From Lepidodermella squamata (taxonomy: Eukaryota; Animalia; Gastrotricha): 64,000 nucleotides of DNA. Position 1 is the first letter of the stretch. Each line of letters opens with the position of its first letter. Made by a program: the position numbers and the translations under genes. Location of the stretch: the NCBI GenBank assembly GCA_047495785.1, contig JBLDXI010000018.1, forward strand, positions 248,001 to 312,000. Direction: 5' to 3'. Positions 31,883 through 46,100 of this stretch are shown one piece after another. Under the pieces are notes generated by a model, which was given only the letters and a program-made list of their open reading frames with translations, made no database searches and was not told where the DNA came from.

Positions 31883-34800
31883 CTACGATTTCTTCAAGTG
31901 CTTGTTCATTTCAGCGTACAGCGTCAACACCAGGGCGCCGCCCGTGCTCCGGAACACGTTGGAGAGGGCGCCTTTGAAAAACGCCGTGTAGCCTTCGTTT
32001 CGCGCGATTTTCACCCAACAGTCGAGAGTATTGCGGTACATGACGTCGAGGCGACCTATAAATTGATAATCGAAATGTAAAAATGTTGTAAAATTTCAAT
32101 ATAGGTAATTCTGTAAGCCGGATTATTGATAAATTTTTATTCCTCCTACTCCTGATTTTCCTTGACTCTTGTATTTTTCTTACTGATGAGAAAACGCATC
32201 AGAAACGATTCATTTGAAATTTAGGCAAGAATTTTTCCTCCGTCATCAACATCCTCTTACAGCTTGTGGGGTCAGATAGGAAAAACCCGACTGTGTAACA
32301 ATAGACTGCTTTTGAATTATTCTTCAGCGATTTCGATAGCCGATTTCCGTTGGACCTCAACAGCTAGCAGTACTCGTTTCTCTGTATTAATTGTGTAATT
32401 TCATTTGGAATAGAATTGTCATTTTTTATCGTGAAAGGTTGCTGTTCTTGTTTCGCACTACTACTTGTTTCGCAATCCCATGTGCATTGAGGGAGCTCCT
32501 GTGGGATGGAGTATTCATGACCTGACTGATCGAACCAAAAACGGTATTGAGAGCTGTCTCCATTGTTAGAACAGATGAAGCAACTTAACGTCTGGTGCTC
32601 GATCATCATCAAAGAAATAATTTGAGATGCTGCGAGCCAGAAGAAACTCACTAAGAAATGCCCGTGAAAAATCTTGAAAAAATAAGTCAAGATCTACCGA
32701 GAAATGGCGCGCATCACTATAGAATTCGACAGCGTGGCTAAGAATAACGCCAGACATATTCAGCTGATTATCCTCTCGATGACTTCCTCAATGACTTCCA
32801 GCAATTAATGTGCGAGAGCAAATTAAAACAATTCGAATTTATCAGCATTTTTCATCCCTTTCGACAGTTTCATTGAAAAACCATAAAATGTTGACAATTT
32901 TGTTCCAAATTTTGAGCTCTATTATGGTTTAAGTATATTTCTAGTATATTTTTGTGTGGGCGCGACAGTGCCTCATTACCAGATTGAATTAGTTCATGTC
33001 AAGGCCCTATTCGGCCTTTGGAATAGTACTTGTATGTTTGCCTCGAATATGGTAGCAAGTACTTTTATGCGACGGCGCGACTGGTGCGACTCAATATTCG
33101 TCAAACATAAATATAATTGACTGCCTGAATTGTATAATTCAAAGTTGCTTTTTGCCTCAGTTGCTTCATCTGCTTTTTTGCAGCATAAAATATAAAATGC
33201 ATCAAATTTCGTTGTTGCTGAATATTTTCTTTCTAAAAGGGTAATAATATCGCTGGCCGCGTAGCTTATTTTTGCGATACGTCGGGCCAACCAAAATCGC
33301 TGATCACCAGCCACGATAATGTTGAGGCTGGCCGGTACAACATTGTCACGCTTTTAATGCGAACAAATATAGTCAATCTTTGGTATTAATCGAATTTATT
33401 GCTGCAATCATAAATGCCACCTAAGAAAGTGGCTATTCCACCGCCACCAGCAGCAGCCAACATTGATAACCCACTGGCTGCAGCGTAACTGCGTAGGCCC
33501 AGGACAGTTTTAATTTGGTAACACTTGTTATCAATAAAATAAATCTCACCTAGTTCTATATCAGAATTGGGTGGGAACATTCATTATTTAAAAGGAATAG
33601 ATCATGAGCTTGAGTTAACTAGGTCTCAAGGCAGCATAAAGTCTGCTGTTTCCAGCGGGAAAAATGACGTAAATATCACATTTCCAGATGGAAAGTAATA
33701 TTATTTTAATCAAAATAGCAGTGAAGAAATGAAATATCCCGGAAGATTTTTCTTGCATTTATAATATGTTTTCTTGATATTCAACAGTATTTTTGTCCCG
33801 TTCAGGGATGGAGTCAGGTGTACTTTTGTACGAATCAGGATATATTTTTAGCTCGATTTTCATGTCTGTTATGTCGGGACCATAAAGATCAGATTAACCT
33901 GATCAGAATATCTGATAGGTTAATCTGGTCTCAATGACCGGGACATATAAAAACTATCATTCTACATACAAAAAATTAGGGCGGTATTCTCTACATTCGT
34001 ATTCTCTTCATCCAGCCATCATTGTGAACATTTACTATACTTCGACCCTATATTATTTTATTATGTTATAACACTTCCTCGTTGATTAATTACACGCTCA
34101 CACGTATTTGGTAATATTCTGAAATTTAAATATAAAACGCAGCGCGAAAGGTACACATTCAAACAAACAAAAAACAGCTAATTTTCCACCATGATCTGTT
34201 TCCCGGCCCAAGTTTCATTGAAACGTGGCCGATTGTGTCTAATTTTAAGCCTGTTTGGCTTCAAGATTGTTCAAGAAAACTGACGGATAAGTCATCTGGA
34301 TGTTTTCTCATTTGGAAAAATAATCCCCAAGACACCAGACTGATTCGCTTCAAACTATTTCCAAGTTGATCTACTGCTAATTCTCGTTCAAATTAGGAAA
34401 CGTTGAAATTGTAAATACAACGATTAAAAAAATTGGATAAAAGCACAAACCTGATTGCATCATCAGTCGCCGCCGGACCGTGTCCATCGGATACGCCGCA
34501 ATGCCGGCCGCGGTCGAAACCAGTTGAGCGACGCCGAAAACCACGAAAAAATTATCACTGCTCAACATCGGCTTGAGCGTGTCGAAAAAACCGAAATACA
34601 CCGCCCGGTAGATTACAATGCACTGCACCGAGGCAACGAAGCCGCGATACAGCCCGTACAGACCGTCCGATTTGTAAATCGACACCAGACAGTGCGTCAG
34701 GCCGCGAAATTCACGACTAAGCCCAGTTTTTCCAACATCAGCCGCCAATCGGGTACGGGCAAAGTCGAGGGGGTAGACGACACACAACGAGGTGGCCCCG

Positions 34801-35156
34801 GCCAGTCCTCCAGCCACCATGTTCGTGCCGAAAAATTTCCATGGATGTAATTTCCGGTCAATTCCTGACATAAAAACGCGTTTGTACTCATCTTTGAAGG
34901 CGAAATTCAACGCTTGAGTCGGGAAATATCGCAGGACGTTCGTCCAATTTCCGCGCCAGAAGGAGGCGAAGCCCTGTTCCCTCGGGATGCGGATGAACGC
35001 GTCGATGATGCCCTTGTACTTGGTTTCGATCGACCTCGAAGCGTCCTGCACTTGCAGGATCAGTTTCACGCGTTCGATGGGCGCGACGGCGGTTTTCGAA
35101 ATCGCCGCTGACACGCCGCCGGACAAGATGTTTGTCGCGAAATCTCCTTCGCCCAT
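31883..35156 (-). CDS. Mitochondrial ADP/ATP translocase (SLC25A4/5/6/31 family); exons 34451-35156 and 31883-32055
   Basis: [68 protein letters not shown]; 2395-bp intron. Confidence 0.95.
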
Positions 35157-35830
35157 TTATATGGGCGTCAGAAATATCGAGTCGCTCTTCTTTGTTTCAA
35201 ATATTTCTAATTAAAATGGAATAAAATCGAGTTGAGGAGAAGTCGTATTTCGAATTGTTTGCCCTCCAAACAGAACTTTTCCAAAATGGCCAAAATTTCT
35301 GTTACCTCTTTAGTTCCTCTTTGGTCCTCAAACGCTTCAAATTGAAATAAAATTTCAAATAATCGCGGTGTGTAGTAAAATTCCGTGGCGCTTTATTCGT
35401 TGTTATTGCAGAAAACTTCACCAATATATCTCATTAATTTTATAACAAGAATTGCATCGAAAAATATAATAAGGCACTTCGAGATGATGGGGAACTCACG
35501 AGATTAAGTAGCACGATTTCAAGGCAGTGGAATATTGTTATTACAGAAGTATAATGATGAAAGTGTAGCCAGTCCACCAGAAAAAATACGATTTTCATAA
35601 TATGTTCACAAATAAATGGCACGACCCGACGCGGCTGCATAGTTCTCTCGGCTCCGAAACTAAATCTCTCCAAAAAATCCGTAGCAACAACAAAGCGGCA
35701 ATAAGTTTAGTCAAGATCTATAAATGGCGAAGAAAGTAGTAATCAGTAGGTGAGCGTAGCGCTTTATATCAGACCGAATGCATGAAGAAGAGGAAAAAAT
35801 TGGTGGCGTCTAAAAATGTACGTGAATCGC

Positions 35831-36668
35831 TTAGCCGGGAGGCCACGACATTTTGCGCTTGCCCATCACGTGAACATGAATGTGATAGATGTCTTGACCG
35901 CCGCCGGGGCCATCACTGCAAAAAATCAAAATTTGAAATAATTAAACGTCAATTTATATGGAGTTAAAAATAATTTTAAACGATATTTTGGAGTCCGGAA
36001 TTTTGAAACAAAAATCAATTTATAATTTTTATATTTTTTTACGGCATCTTTTCCCGGCTTTTATTAAATTAAACAACACAATACTGTGACACTGACAGCG
36101 AAAAATAAAATTGGCACCACCGAAATGGAAAAAAACAAAGCATGGGTGTTGATCGAAACGTACTTGATGACGACTCTGTAGCCGTGGTCGAGGTTCAGCT
36201 GCCGCGCCACGTCTCGCGCTACGCACAGCAAGTGGCCAAGGAGGGTTTTGTCGGCATCGCTCGACTCGGAAAGTCTCGGAATCGGTTTTTTCGGAATGAC
36301 GAGAAAGTGAACAGGCGCCACCGGGTGAATATCATTTATTGCAACTGCCTGGAATTCAGATTTTCGAGGGTAAAAAGCAAAGCAATAAGCGTAAACACAA
36401 AACAAATAAGTTTTGACTTTAATAACTAGATCGAAAATTTAATTCTGTAAGCTGATTTTTCGGGCAGTAAGCAAAAGATATCATTTTCAGCTTTCAGCCA
36501 ACAGGATAAAATCAAGCAAATAATAAATTTCGGTCTTAGTTTTGATATTTTATATATTAATTTCTTGATAGTTCTAAAAAAACGAACCATGTCGTCCTCG
36601 AAGAGAAAAGTCGCCGGGATTTCTCTGCGCAGGATTTTGCCAAACACGGTCGGTCCGAATTCGGCCAT
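35831..36668 (-). CDS. Histidine triad nucleotide-binding protein (HINT1/HINT2 family), 3 exons
   Basis: [53 protein letters not shown]. Confidence 0.94.
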
Positions 36669-36934
36669 GGCGGTTAATTAAAATTACAAAATTGATAAAA
36701 ACTAAAATTCTTCGAAAATGCAAAACACAATTAGCCGATTCATCTCAAAAATTATTTATTAAAACCACAGAGAAAATGACGATCATGCTCAGTCGAAAAA
36801 TTCGATGATAAAACAATGAAACGTTAATAATTGCTATGTACACAAATTTCGACAGCAGAAAAATTACTACGAATGTTTGGCATCAGAAAAGGCACGCTCG
36901 AAAACGTTGTTAAAAAGCACCGATTTACTAACAA

Positions 36935-39346
36935 TTATTTTGGAAGAGTATTTTTGAGATATTTGAGCGCGGACGCGCCGTGTTTCGACGCTAATTCATT
37001 GACAAATTCTAGCTTAAAATTCTCTAGACACGTTTGATACAACGAATTAGATCGGAAGCGCATGAGATCCAACGAAGGCAGATGAGCTAAATGGAGGAGG
37101 AACGCGCTCGGATGGACTAGGAATCGGTAACCAAGCGCGTCCAATTGCATTGCGTAGGAAACTTTATTCCAGCCAAAACCGACGAATCTCTCGTCAAATT
37201 TCGGCGATTTTTCGTTGTGTTTGAGCAGGACGTATGGCTCGTAGTCGGGCGCCCATTGCACTTGATAGGCGTCATCGCTCGATCGCCATTTCGTGAAATT
37301 CGTAGGGCCGTGACCAGCCGGCCACTTCAAAGACTGGAAAGGTTGTGCCAATTTTCGATCGATCAAGTCAATTAACGCATTTTTGCCCTCGATATTCGCA
37401 CCTTCCTTGGACAGCGACAGACTGTAGATAAATAACCAAAAATTAGAGGAGATTCGACAAAAATTCTAATCGTTAGTAAATTGATTTTTATCAGTAATTA
37501 TGTTCAAAATCAGGCTTTTTCAAGCTTCATATCTTCCTATAAAAGCATCATTTAAAACTAACGAAAAAATCAAGATCTAATTGGAAAACGTACTCAACAA
37601 AACTGGAAATGTCGAAAGCAGGAATTACAAGAGCTGTTCTCTCAGTGAATACGCTCAAGTCGATCGATTCAACGAAATTAGGCGATGGAATGAAGTCTGC
37701 GTCAATCATGAGCACGAATTTTTGAAGTGGCACGTATTTTAGAGCAATATTTCGCAATAAATTGACAGGATATGTTGAGCCATGCTTGAAAACTAGATGC
37801 AGATGAACAGGACTTGAAGATAAACAACTCGAATCGTCGAGCAACAACCGAATCAAGCCGATTAGATCAGCGTCATTCAGGTAAATCGCGGCTGAAATCG
37901 GGCCGGAATTCCAGTTTCGACAAATCAACTCGAGTTGGCTGATTCTTTCGTAGCTCAGGTGAGTTACCAGCCATAATTTTGAATACGAACTCGCTTTTAG
38001 TCGGCCTGAGAAGAAAAACGGGAATAACCGACGAATTGTTACTGTTTCAACGCGAATTTCGTAGCATGCATCGGCAGGTGACAAATCTTCAAGAGATCGG
38101 CTATTGCTAGGACTTTTTGCCGGATCCATGTTAGAGCAAGCGGTGAACATTGATCGGAAATAGTAGCCATTTGCTTCGACTGCTTTGGCGTAGACGTTTG
38201 CGAATAACCCATCGATATCAAGACCATCGCCGTACTCGAATAATAATGCAGTCTTCTCAGGATGGTTGAAGTGAACAACGCGAAAGATAGAGGTGAGATT
38301 GGTAAGGCAATGAGATTCTCTTGAGCCGTAACTCAACTGCAAATTCCAGTCGCAGTTCAATTTGACGACGATATCAGGATTTTCGGCAAAAACGGCGTTG
38401 AAAATGTCTTGATCTGCCAGGGTAGTGTATTTGAATGTTTTCAGATGCCGCTCAGCGACCGATTTCCATGTGTTCATCCAATCTAGTCCAGACGCCTTCA
38501 AACCAGCGATGTTGATCAAAATAAGCCCGGAATTGAAGCCACGGCCCAGAGCTGGCCACGGCAGTCGCTGAGATTTTGAGGAAGGATCTTCCTCTGTAGT
38601 CGTGACTGAAGTCTTCAAGTACCAATCACTTTGATTTTCGACAAGCCCGAAAAACTTCTTGCTGGAGTACAAAATTTGGAGAGCCTTCCACATTGGCAAG
38701 ATGTCGTCCATAAATAACAAATCGGTATCGAGTACAATCACCTTTTCGACGTCGGGAATAACGTAAGGGACTACGAGCTTCAGTAAACCGAATGTACCAG
38801 AGTAGTGAATGTTCGGCACCCAATCGATTAGCTGCTGGTAATTTTTAATTTGATAAAATTTGTATGAAAGACCAGGAACGAGCCAGGTTTCCAGCATGTC
38901 TCTGATGACCATTTCAGAGTTGTCATCGACGAGCAGATGGAGCATTAGTGGATTGTGCCGAGTAGAGAGTAGACTTTTAAGGAGAACGGAAAAGCCAAAT
39001 GTCGCATTGTGACCACCGACCACACTCATGACGTGTATTACATCGCAGGTCAGGTCAACGTCACGGCTACTGAAAAAAACCAAATTGCTGAATATTTGTA
39101 AACGGATTGTAGCAAATAAACATACTACGCGACTTTTTCGGAGGTAATCGCCATTTCGACATCACTCCAAGTCCGGTAGATGAACAATCCGAACAACAGG
39201 AAGAAGCATATTGAGACGATAGCAAAGTTGATGGATCCAAACTTTCGGAGCAACCTATTCTTGTATCTCCTGAAAAATGCATCACATTTCACATGGCTTC
39301 AGACGTTAGTGGCTAATGCATACCTGAACATTTCATCGTTCCGCAT
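36935..39346 (-). CDS. LARGE: LARGE xylosyl/glucuronyltransferase (GT8 + GT49 domains, type II membrane)
   Basis: N-terminal TM exon; WVPNIHYSG.FGLLKL, VIVLDTD, GLVENQSDWY, PWPALGRGFNSG, LADQDIFN, YPVNLLRNIAL, DERFVGFGWNKVS. Confidence 0.93.
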
Positions 39347-39724
39347 TTGAAAAGTTAGATTCTCCGAGAGATCATCTCTTTCAGCACATAGCAAAGAAAG
39401 ATAGGTAATCCAAAGCAGTCAGGTAAATGCTCCTATTAAACACATACAGCACGAATGATCAAAACTCGAAAACAGCGAAGGAATAAGGAATGTACAGGAG
39501 GAAGAAACCCAGCGGAAATGGCACCAAAATTATTTAGGCAGATGTGATTTTCACGCAAGCTTTTTGACCGCGTTGCTGACAAAGCACGCCGCAGAGTCGA
39601 AAAAAATGTACAAAAAACCAAGGATCGCGCGGCATGTCAAGATGTTTTTCACATTATTATATTGTAAATTAAAGTAAAGCTTTGTGTTAAGTTACTAATT
39701 TTTATTAAATACTTTATATTTTGT

Positions 39725-39738
39725 GTTGTCCCGGCAAC
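39725..39738. promoter_or_regulatory. Candidate RFX X-box upstream of DNAH6
   Basis: GTTGTCCCGGCAAC resembles the GTTGCCATGGCAAC palindrome and lies ~400 bp before the ATG of a ciliary gene. Confidence 0.55.
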
Positions 39739-40139
39739 GCTTGCCGATACTTGCATGTGCTTGGCCACTCGCCTGAATTACCTGTATGTTATGCTTGGCC
39801 TGGCATTCTAGCGGGGGCCGATATTTTCATTAATAATCTACATAAACCGGTATCATCCTGGATCCTATTATAAGTCTATTATAAGTCCTAGCAGCACCTG
39901 GAATCTGAAAAGTGCTTTTTCATCGTTCCAATATACTTCGATTTGCTTGCTAATTGTTGGCAAAATCCATCACACGTGCGCTCTCTGGATGAGTTTTCCG
40001 CAGATAATACTGTCATGTTTTCATTACACTCATGTTGGGAGTGATTATTCAGGAGCCTCATGTCTCATGCGTTTTCAATTGCATAATATTGTTGTAATGA
40101 CTATTGTTTTTATTTCCAAGTTCCTGTTAGCATTTTAAA

Positions 40140-43100
40140 ATGTCTAACATGAAAGGGAACTCATCAATCACTATGAATCGAAACCTACTCGGCTTGCCAG
40201 CCGTGGATCCTCAGAATTTGATAGACAGGCTCGTTTTCACCGCTGAAAAACCTGTTCCTATTCCAGGTTCCGGTAGTGTCGTTGCTACTACCATACCAAA
40301 AAAGACGTTCGGTCTTCGAGCGTCTTCCGACAAGAAGCCAGAATTCTTGGTAAGCTCCGATTTTAAATAACGTTGATTGCAACGAAAATCTTGAAATTGA
40401 CAGCCGGCGCTCAAACGTTATCAAGAAGTGAACCATCCAGATTATATTCACGAGCAAGCACGGCTCAGCTTTGCGAAGCAGAAGGAAGATGAGCCTGAAT
40501 CCAAAAAGAGCAAAAAACTTGCTCAGCTGGAACCCTTCCCGAGACCTAAATCCGGTCAAGGCCAAGCTCTCCCAGAATTGCCGCCGGTAATGAAGAAGCA
40601 GCAGGTACACCTTATCAAGCAGAATTATGCTTCGTAATATCAACAATTTATTGTTAAATTTTAAGGAGGCAATGGAGGTATCGAGATCTTTACCAATATT
40701 CCCTGGCTACGAAGACCATCCAATCAATCAAGCCAAAGGCTTCGCTGCGGGACCAACTGTTCCGCTGAAGAAAGTCGAAATCGAGCGCTCCCAATTCGAG
40801 GGAGAGACTGATATGATCAAAGTTATCGATACCATCAGACAAAATCCTCAGCTCGGCTTGTTCTATCTAGCCCCAGCTGTTCCGCATCACAATGTTCATT
40901 ACTATTACTATCACCTCAAGTAATATTTGATTGAATTTGAAGTGAATTTAGTTTAAGCTTTCGTTTACTTTAGGGTTGTTCCGCATGACTTGCTTGCTCA
41001 CGTTGAGGACCACGCGACAATTTCGCTGAAGGGCGTAATGCGAACGCGTAAAGACGAAGAGGTCGACTATGTACCTCTCGAGCGTTGGGAAACTGAATAT
41101 CGAACTTTCTTGCGCCTACGCCAAGTTGGCGTTTTTAAACGCTTCCGCATTTGGAAGCAATTCACCGTTTGGCGTAAAAACGTGCGCTACCACAAATTTC
41201 ACAAATCGAAGAAACAGCTCGAAGAAAATCTGTTCATCGTTAATGACGTAAATTGCTAATAATCTCAAGTTTTGCGATACCTATCATTTATTTGTGTTTC
41301 TCTAGTCTCTTCGACCTGGGTTGCTTAACATTCGCGAAATGTGTTATCGCATCAGCTACAGGAGTATGTGTAAAATCGAAAAATTCAAAACATATTCATT
41401 GGCCGCCTTTATCGAGCTGCAAATGGCTACCCTGCAAGAATTATGCGTTCGCCTTAGCGATTTCCGTGATTTGGCGAAAGAAATCGTTCGATCTGTCGGA
41501 CGACACGCCTTACTTCAAGCTGGATTCACCCCCGACGATTGGACAGCTGATGACGATGGAGCTAGCCCAGATCGCCTTGGCACGGCTTCGACTCATCAAT
41601 ACGACGTTGAGGTCTACGGTGATGCCCCTGAGCAGATGTCCTACACTGAACAAGCGGCTAAACGTGGGCATTGCCAGAGAATTACGTGTTTCATTCGACT
41701 GGCAGATTACTTAATCGTTAACATGCTGCACCAGTTAGTCGTATCGAGTGTTAGGCAGTTACTTCAGGCCCTGAAGGACCATTTAGCTCGAACTCCAAAC
41801 TCGGAATTTATCAAAGACTGGCCGAGACAGGTTGAACTTGCTGCGATTGCCAAGGAGCAAGAGGCTGCGGAAAAAGCGGCGGCTGCCGAAAAGAAAAAGC
41901 AGCAACAGGCCGCTGGTCCGCCGTCAATTGCCCCAGTCGAAGAGGAGGAGAAGGAGAAAATCCCGCCACCCCTTTTCCTGGTAGAATTCGCGCTGTCAAC
42001 GATTCAAGTCGGTTTTGAGCCGCACGAGAGCGAGTTTAAGAACGAAATGGTTGAACTGATTAAAAACTACCAATCAGCCATGTTGTCACTCGCAAATTTG
42101 ACCCCTGATTCGTACTTCAACGCATTTACCAGCCCAACGATCAACGGCAAATTTGAGGAGAAAATCTGCGGCGAGGGGCCGAATTTGGCCGGAATTTTCG
42201 AAGATGACGGCTATTTACGGTCGCTAATCGACCAAATTCGTTCAGTCGTGACTCAAGCTTTCGAAGCTAACTCAACCTATGCTCATACCTTTGAGACGTA
42301 TCGCGACTGGTTTACAGACAACGAATCGCAAGATTTGTTGGGTATAAAATCTACCCAACACGACATGATTTTCTACTCAGAACGGCTTGAGCTGTACCAC
42401 AACCAACACAAAGCCGCGCTGAATATACCCGACAACCGCGATTTGGGTCTTTTCGTAGTTGATGGCGTTAAAATGAAAGAGATTTTAGTGCCATCGCCGA
42501 TTCGCTGCTTGGATGCAGTCAACCATATCCTGCCAATTCATGCGAGACGGGAGGTTGATCGGCTGCTGGCTGAACTGCAAGATGCCGAGTATAAATTGGC
42601 CTTCCAGCCACAGACTACGGTCGAATTTGTGGACACTTTGTCGTTCTTGGACGCTATCCAGGAGAGATTTGAGCCGCTAACTAAAGAGGCCGAAGTTGTT
42701 CGAGAAATGTACGCGCTGATCGACATGTACAAGGTAAGAAATGTTGCTTTCATATTCAATATTCAGCATTTTTGTCAACTTTTTTTTGCCATAATTTTTG
42801 AAAAATTGACATTGCTTGGTTTTTTCGTTGCATTTTTTGCTTTTTTTTCTATTATTTCTTGTGTTGCAATTACCTCAAGGACGTGCTGACTGAGGCGCGT
42901 AAGCAACCGACATGTAAATTTGTCGGGTATATCGATCCGTTTCGAATGGAACACTACGCGGCCTATAGCGCTTACGCCTATTCCGGCGTCAAGAAAGACC
43001 CTAAAGTACTTGACAATAGAAATCAGTGCCGTTAATAGCTACATGTATAGCCTTTTTTATTTCCGTTCGTGTTAGACTTCTAGATTTTTGGGTACGATAT

Positions 43101-46100
43101 TAGAACTAGATCTATTTTTAACCTTAACTTATGTTAGGTTGGCTCATTGATGCCCACCTCCAAAGCCTAAATTTAGACATTCTGGCTAATTTTTGGATTT
43201 TGGATTCGGGGGAAACGGCCCTAAAACATTCTAATTTTTTCATAAATACTGATTTTTCTTACTCATTCAACGAAACGAGAAACTTGAACTCTCTGAATTT
43301 TGAGAATTTATTTGGCGGAAATTTTTATATGCAACAATTTTTCGGCTCTGGCAAAATTAGCGTGAAAAATTGATAAAATTGTATTGAATTAAATGATGAA
43401 TTTCACAATTGCGGAATTAATATTTTCAATTACAGATTTTTTTGCACCCCCACTTTTTCATATTTGTTGAATTGTTGTGGTGAGTTTCTTATTTTATTTA
43501 CATTGAGGATCAAAAAATTGTCTTGAATTTTGCGAAACTTTGGAGCTAGAATTTTTCATTAATTTTAGCCATTCACTATCAATTTAGCTGGTTCATTGTT
43601 TTTTATTATTTAGAAAAATTGTAGTTCTAGATTTATTGAAACAGCGAAAATGATATTTTTGTTCTTAAAGGTGCCAACGCCGCCCGAGGACTATGTCGTG
43701 TACCAAACACTGGGCCCAGCCATTACCAACTGCCAACACGCTATCGACCGAGCGTTGGCCGAACGCGACCAGAACATCGAACGATTCTGCTCGCTGATGG
43801 ACCACGACATCAGCGAAATGGACCACGAGTTGAAAGAAATCAAACAAGTCGCGCAATCGCCGTTCATCCTCGACATCAACTCGCCGCAGGACAAAATCAT
43901 GGAAACTCTAACGAAACTCCACAAACAGACTGACGAGTTGCAGCGAAAGGCGCAACAGTACAGAAATTACCAGAAAAATTTCAAGTTAGAAGTGGCGAAA
44001 TTCGAAAGTCTCGAGGAAGTTAGCGCCGAGTTGAAGCTGAAACAAACCCTCTGGGAATCGATGGAAGAATTCGATAACATCCGCCAGAGTTGGACTGACG
44101 CTCCGTTGGTGTCACTCGACGTTGAAAGCATGAATGGAACTGTGGTGAAGTACGGAAAAACCGTGTATCAACTCGAAAAGGGCCTGCCCCCAAATAACGC
44201 TGTGCCTAAATTGAAGTCAAAGGTTGAAGATATGAAGGAGAAATTGCCAGTGATTGCGAATTTACGTAATCCTAACCTGAAATCGCGTCATTGGGAAAGG
44301 ATTGAGCAGATTTTGAATTTCCACTTCACTGACGCGGACCCTGTTTCGCTCGGCAAGTTGATCCAACTATCGGCATTTTCATTCGGCGAGCAGATTATGG
44401 AAGTCTCAGGCCAAGCTAGCTCCGAGGCGAGTCTCGAGGCCCTGCTGCGAAAGGTTGAAGAGTCGTGGAAAAATGCTGAATTCATCGTGTTGCCGCACAA
44501 AGATTCGAAGGATATCTACATTCTAGGCATCACTGACGATATCCAGCAGTTGTGGGACGATTCGAATATCAACATTCAAACCATCAGTTCGTCTCGCCAC
44601 GTCGGCCCGATTAAGCCGCGAGTCGAAGACTGGGCCCGCCAGCTTGATTTATTCGGCAAAACGCTCGAGGCGTGGCTGAATTGCCAGCGAAATTGGCTGT
44701 ATCTCGAGTCGATTTTCTCCGCGCCGGATATTCAGCGCCAACTGCCGGCCGAGGCGAAAATGTTCATGACCGTGGATCGGTCGTACAAGGACGTGATGCG
44801 GAAGGTGTACAAAGTGCCGGCTGCGCTACGAGCCGCCACTCAGCCGGGCCTTCTCGAGCGATTTCAGCAGAACAACGCGCTGCTGGACCAGATCCTGAAA
44901 TGCCTCGAGGCGTATCTCGAGTCGAAACGCGTCATTTTCCCGCGGTTCTACTTCTTATCCAACGATGAACTACTCGAAATTTTGGCTCAAACTCGCAACC
45001 CACTGGCAGTACAGCCGCATTTGAGGAAATGCTTCGACGCTATTGTTAAGCTGGAGTTCGCCGTTGATAAGGGCGAGTCGAAGCACGACGAAGAAAGCGA
45101 GGCGCAGGAGGGTGGCGTTAGGTACCTGAATGACATCTTAGCCATGCTGTCACCCGAGGGTGAACGGGTCGATCTAGGCAAGGGCCTGAAAGCTCGTGGT
45201 AATGTCGAAGACTGGCTTGGAAAGGTCGAAGAGGCTATGTTCAGCTCGCTTCGAAGAATCACAAAATTCGCAATTTCGGATTATCAGCAGAAAGAACGCG
45301 AATATTGGCTGACCTTACACCCGTCTCAGGTCGTGTTAACCGTGTCCCAATTAATGTGGTGCCGCGAGGTCGCCACTGTGCTGAACTCGCCGCCCGAGGA
45401 GGTCGCGGAGAATCTTCGAAATTTCGAGCAGAAATCGTTTTCTGACCTGAATAAATTAGCGGCGATTGTTCGAACTGATCTGCCGAAATTGGTCCGTTTG
45501 ACCCTGTCGTCCCTGATCACCCTCGATGTCCATGCTCGTGATATCATTTCTGAGTTGGTCGTGAACAACACGAGCTCCGAGCAGGGCTTCGACTGGCAGA
45601 AGCAACAGCGGTATTATTGGGACGTTGACCTTGACAATTGCGTTGTTCGAATGTCGACGGCTATGTACGTGTATGGCTATGAGTACTTGGGCGCGGCGCC
45701 GCGTTTAGTCATCACCCCGCTTACCGATCGGTGTTATTTGTGTTTGATGGGCGCGTTGCAGCTGGATTTGGGCGGCGCCCCCGCTGGACCGGCCGGGACG
45801 GGTAAAACCGAGACGACGAAAGACTTGGCCAAGTCGATTGCGAGGCAATGCGTCGTTTTCAACTGCTCGGATGGTCTTGATTACAAAATGATGGGAAAGT
45901 AAGTTCCAAAAAATCACTCGAAGATCCGAAGTTCAATGACCGCAAAATTTGATGATGGGAATTTTCAATTCAAAACTTGAATTTTCAAAAACAAAAATTA
46001 AATTTCGATTTTTAAGATCGGAATGATCATTATTTTAATTTTCTCTAATTTCGAATTTTTAATTGAAAGCAAAATTTTCCGAATTTTCAAATTTAGTGTT

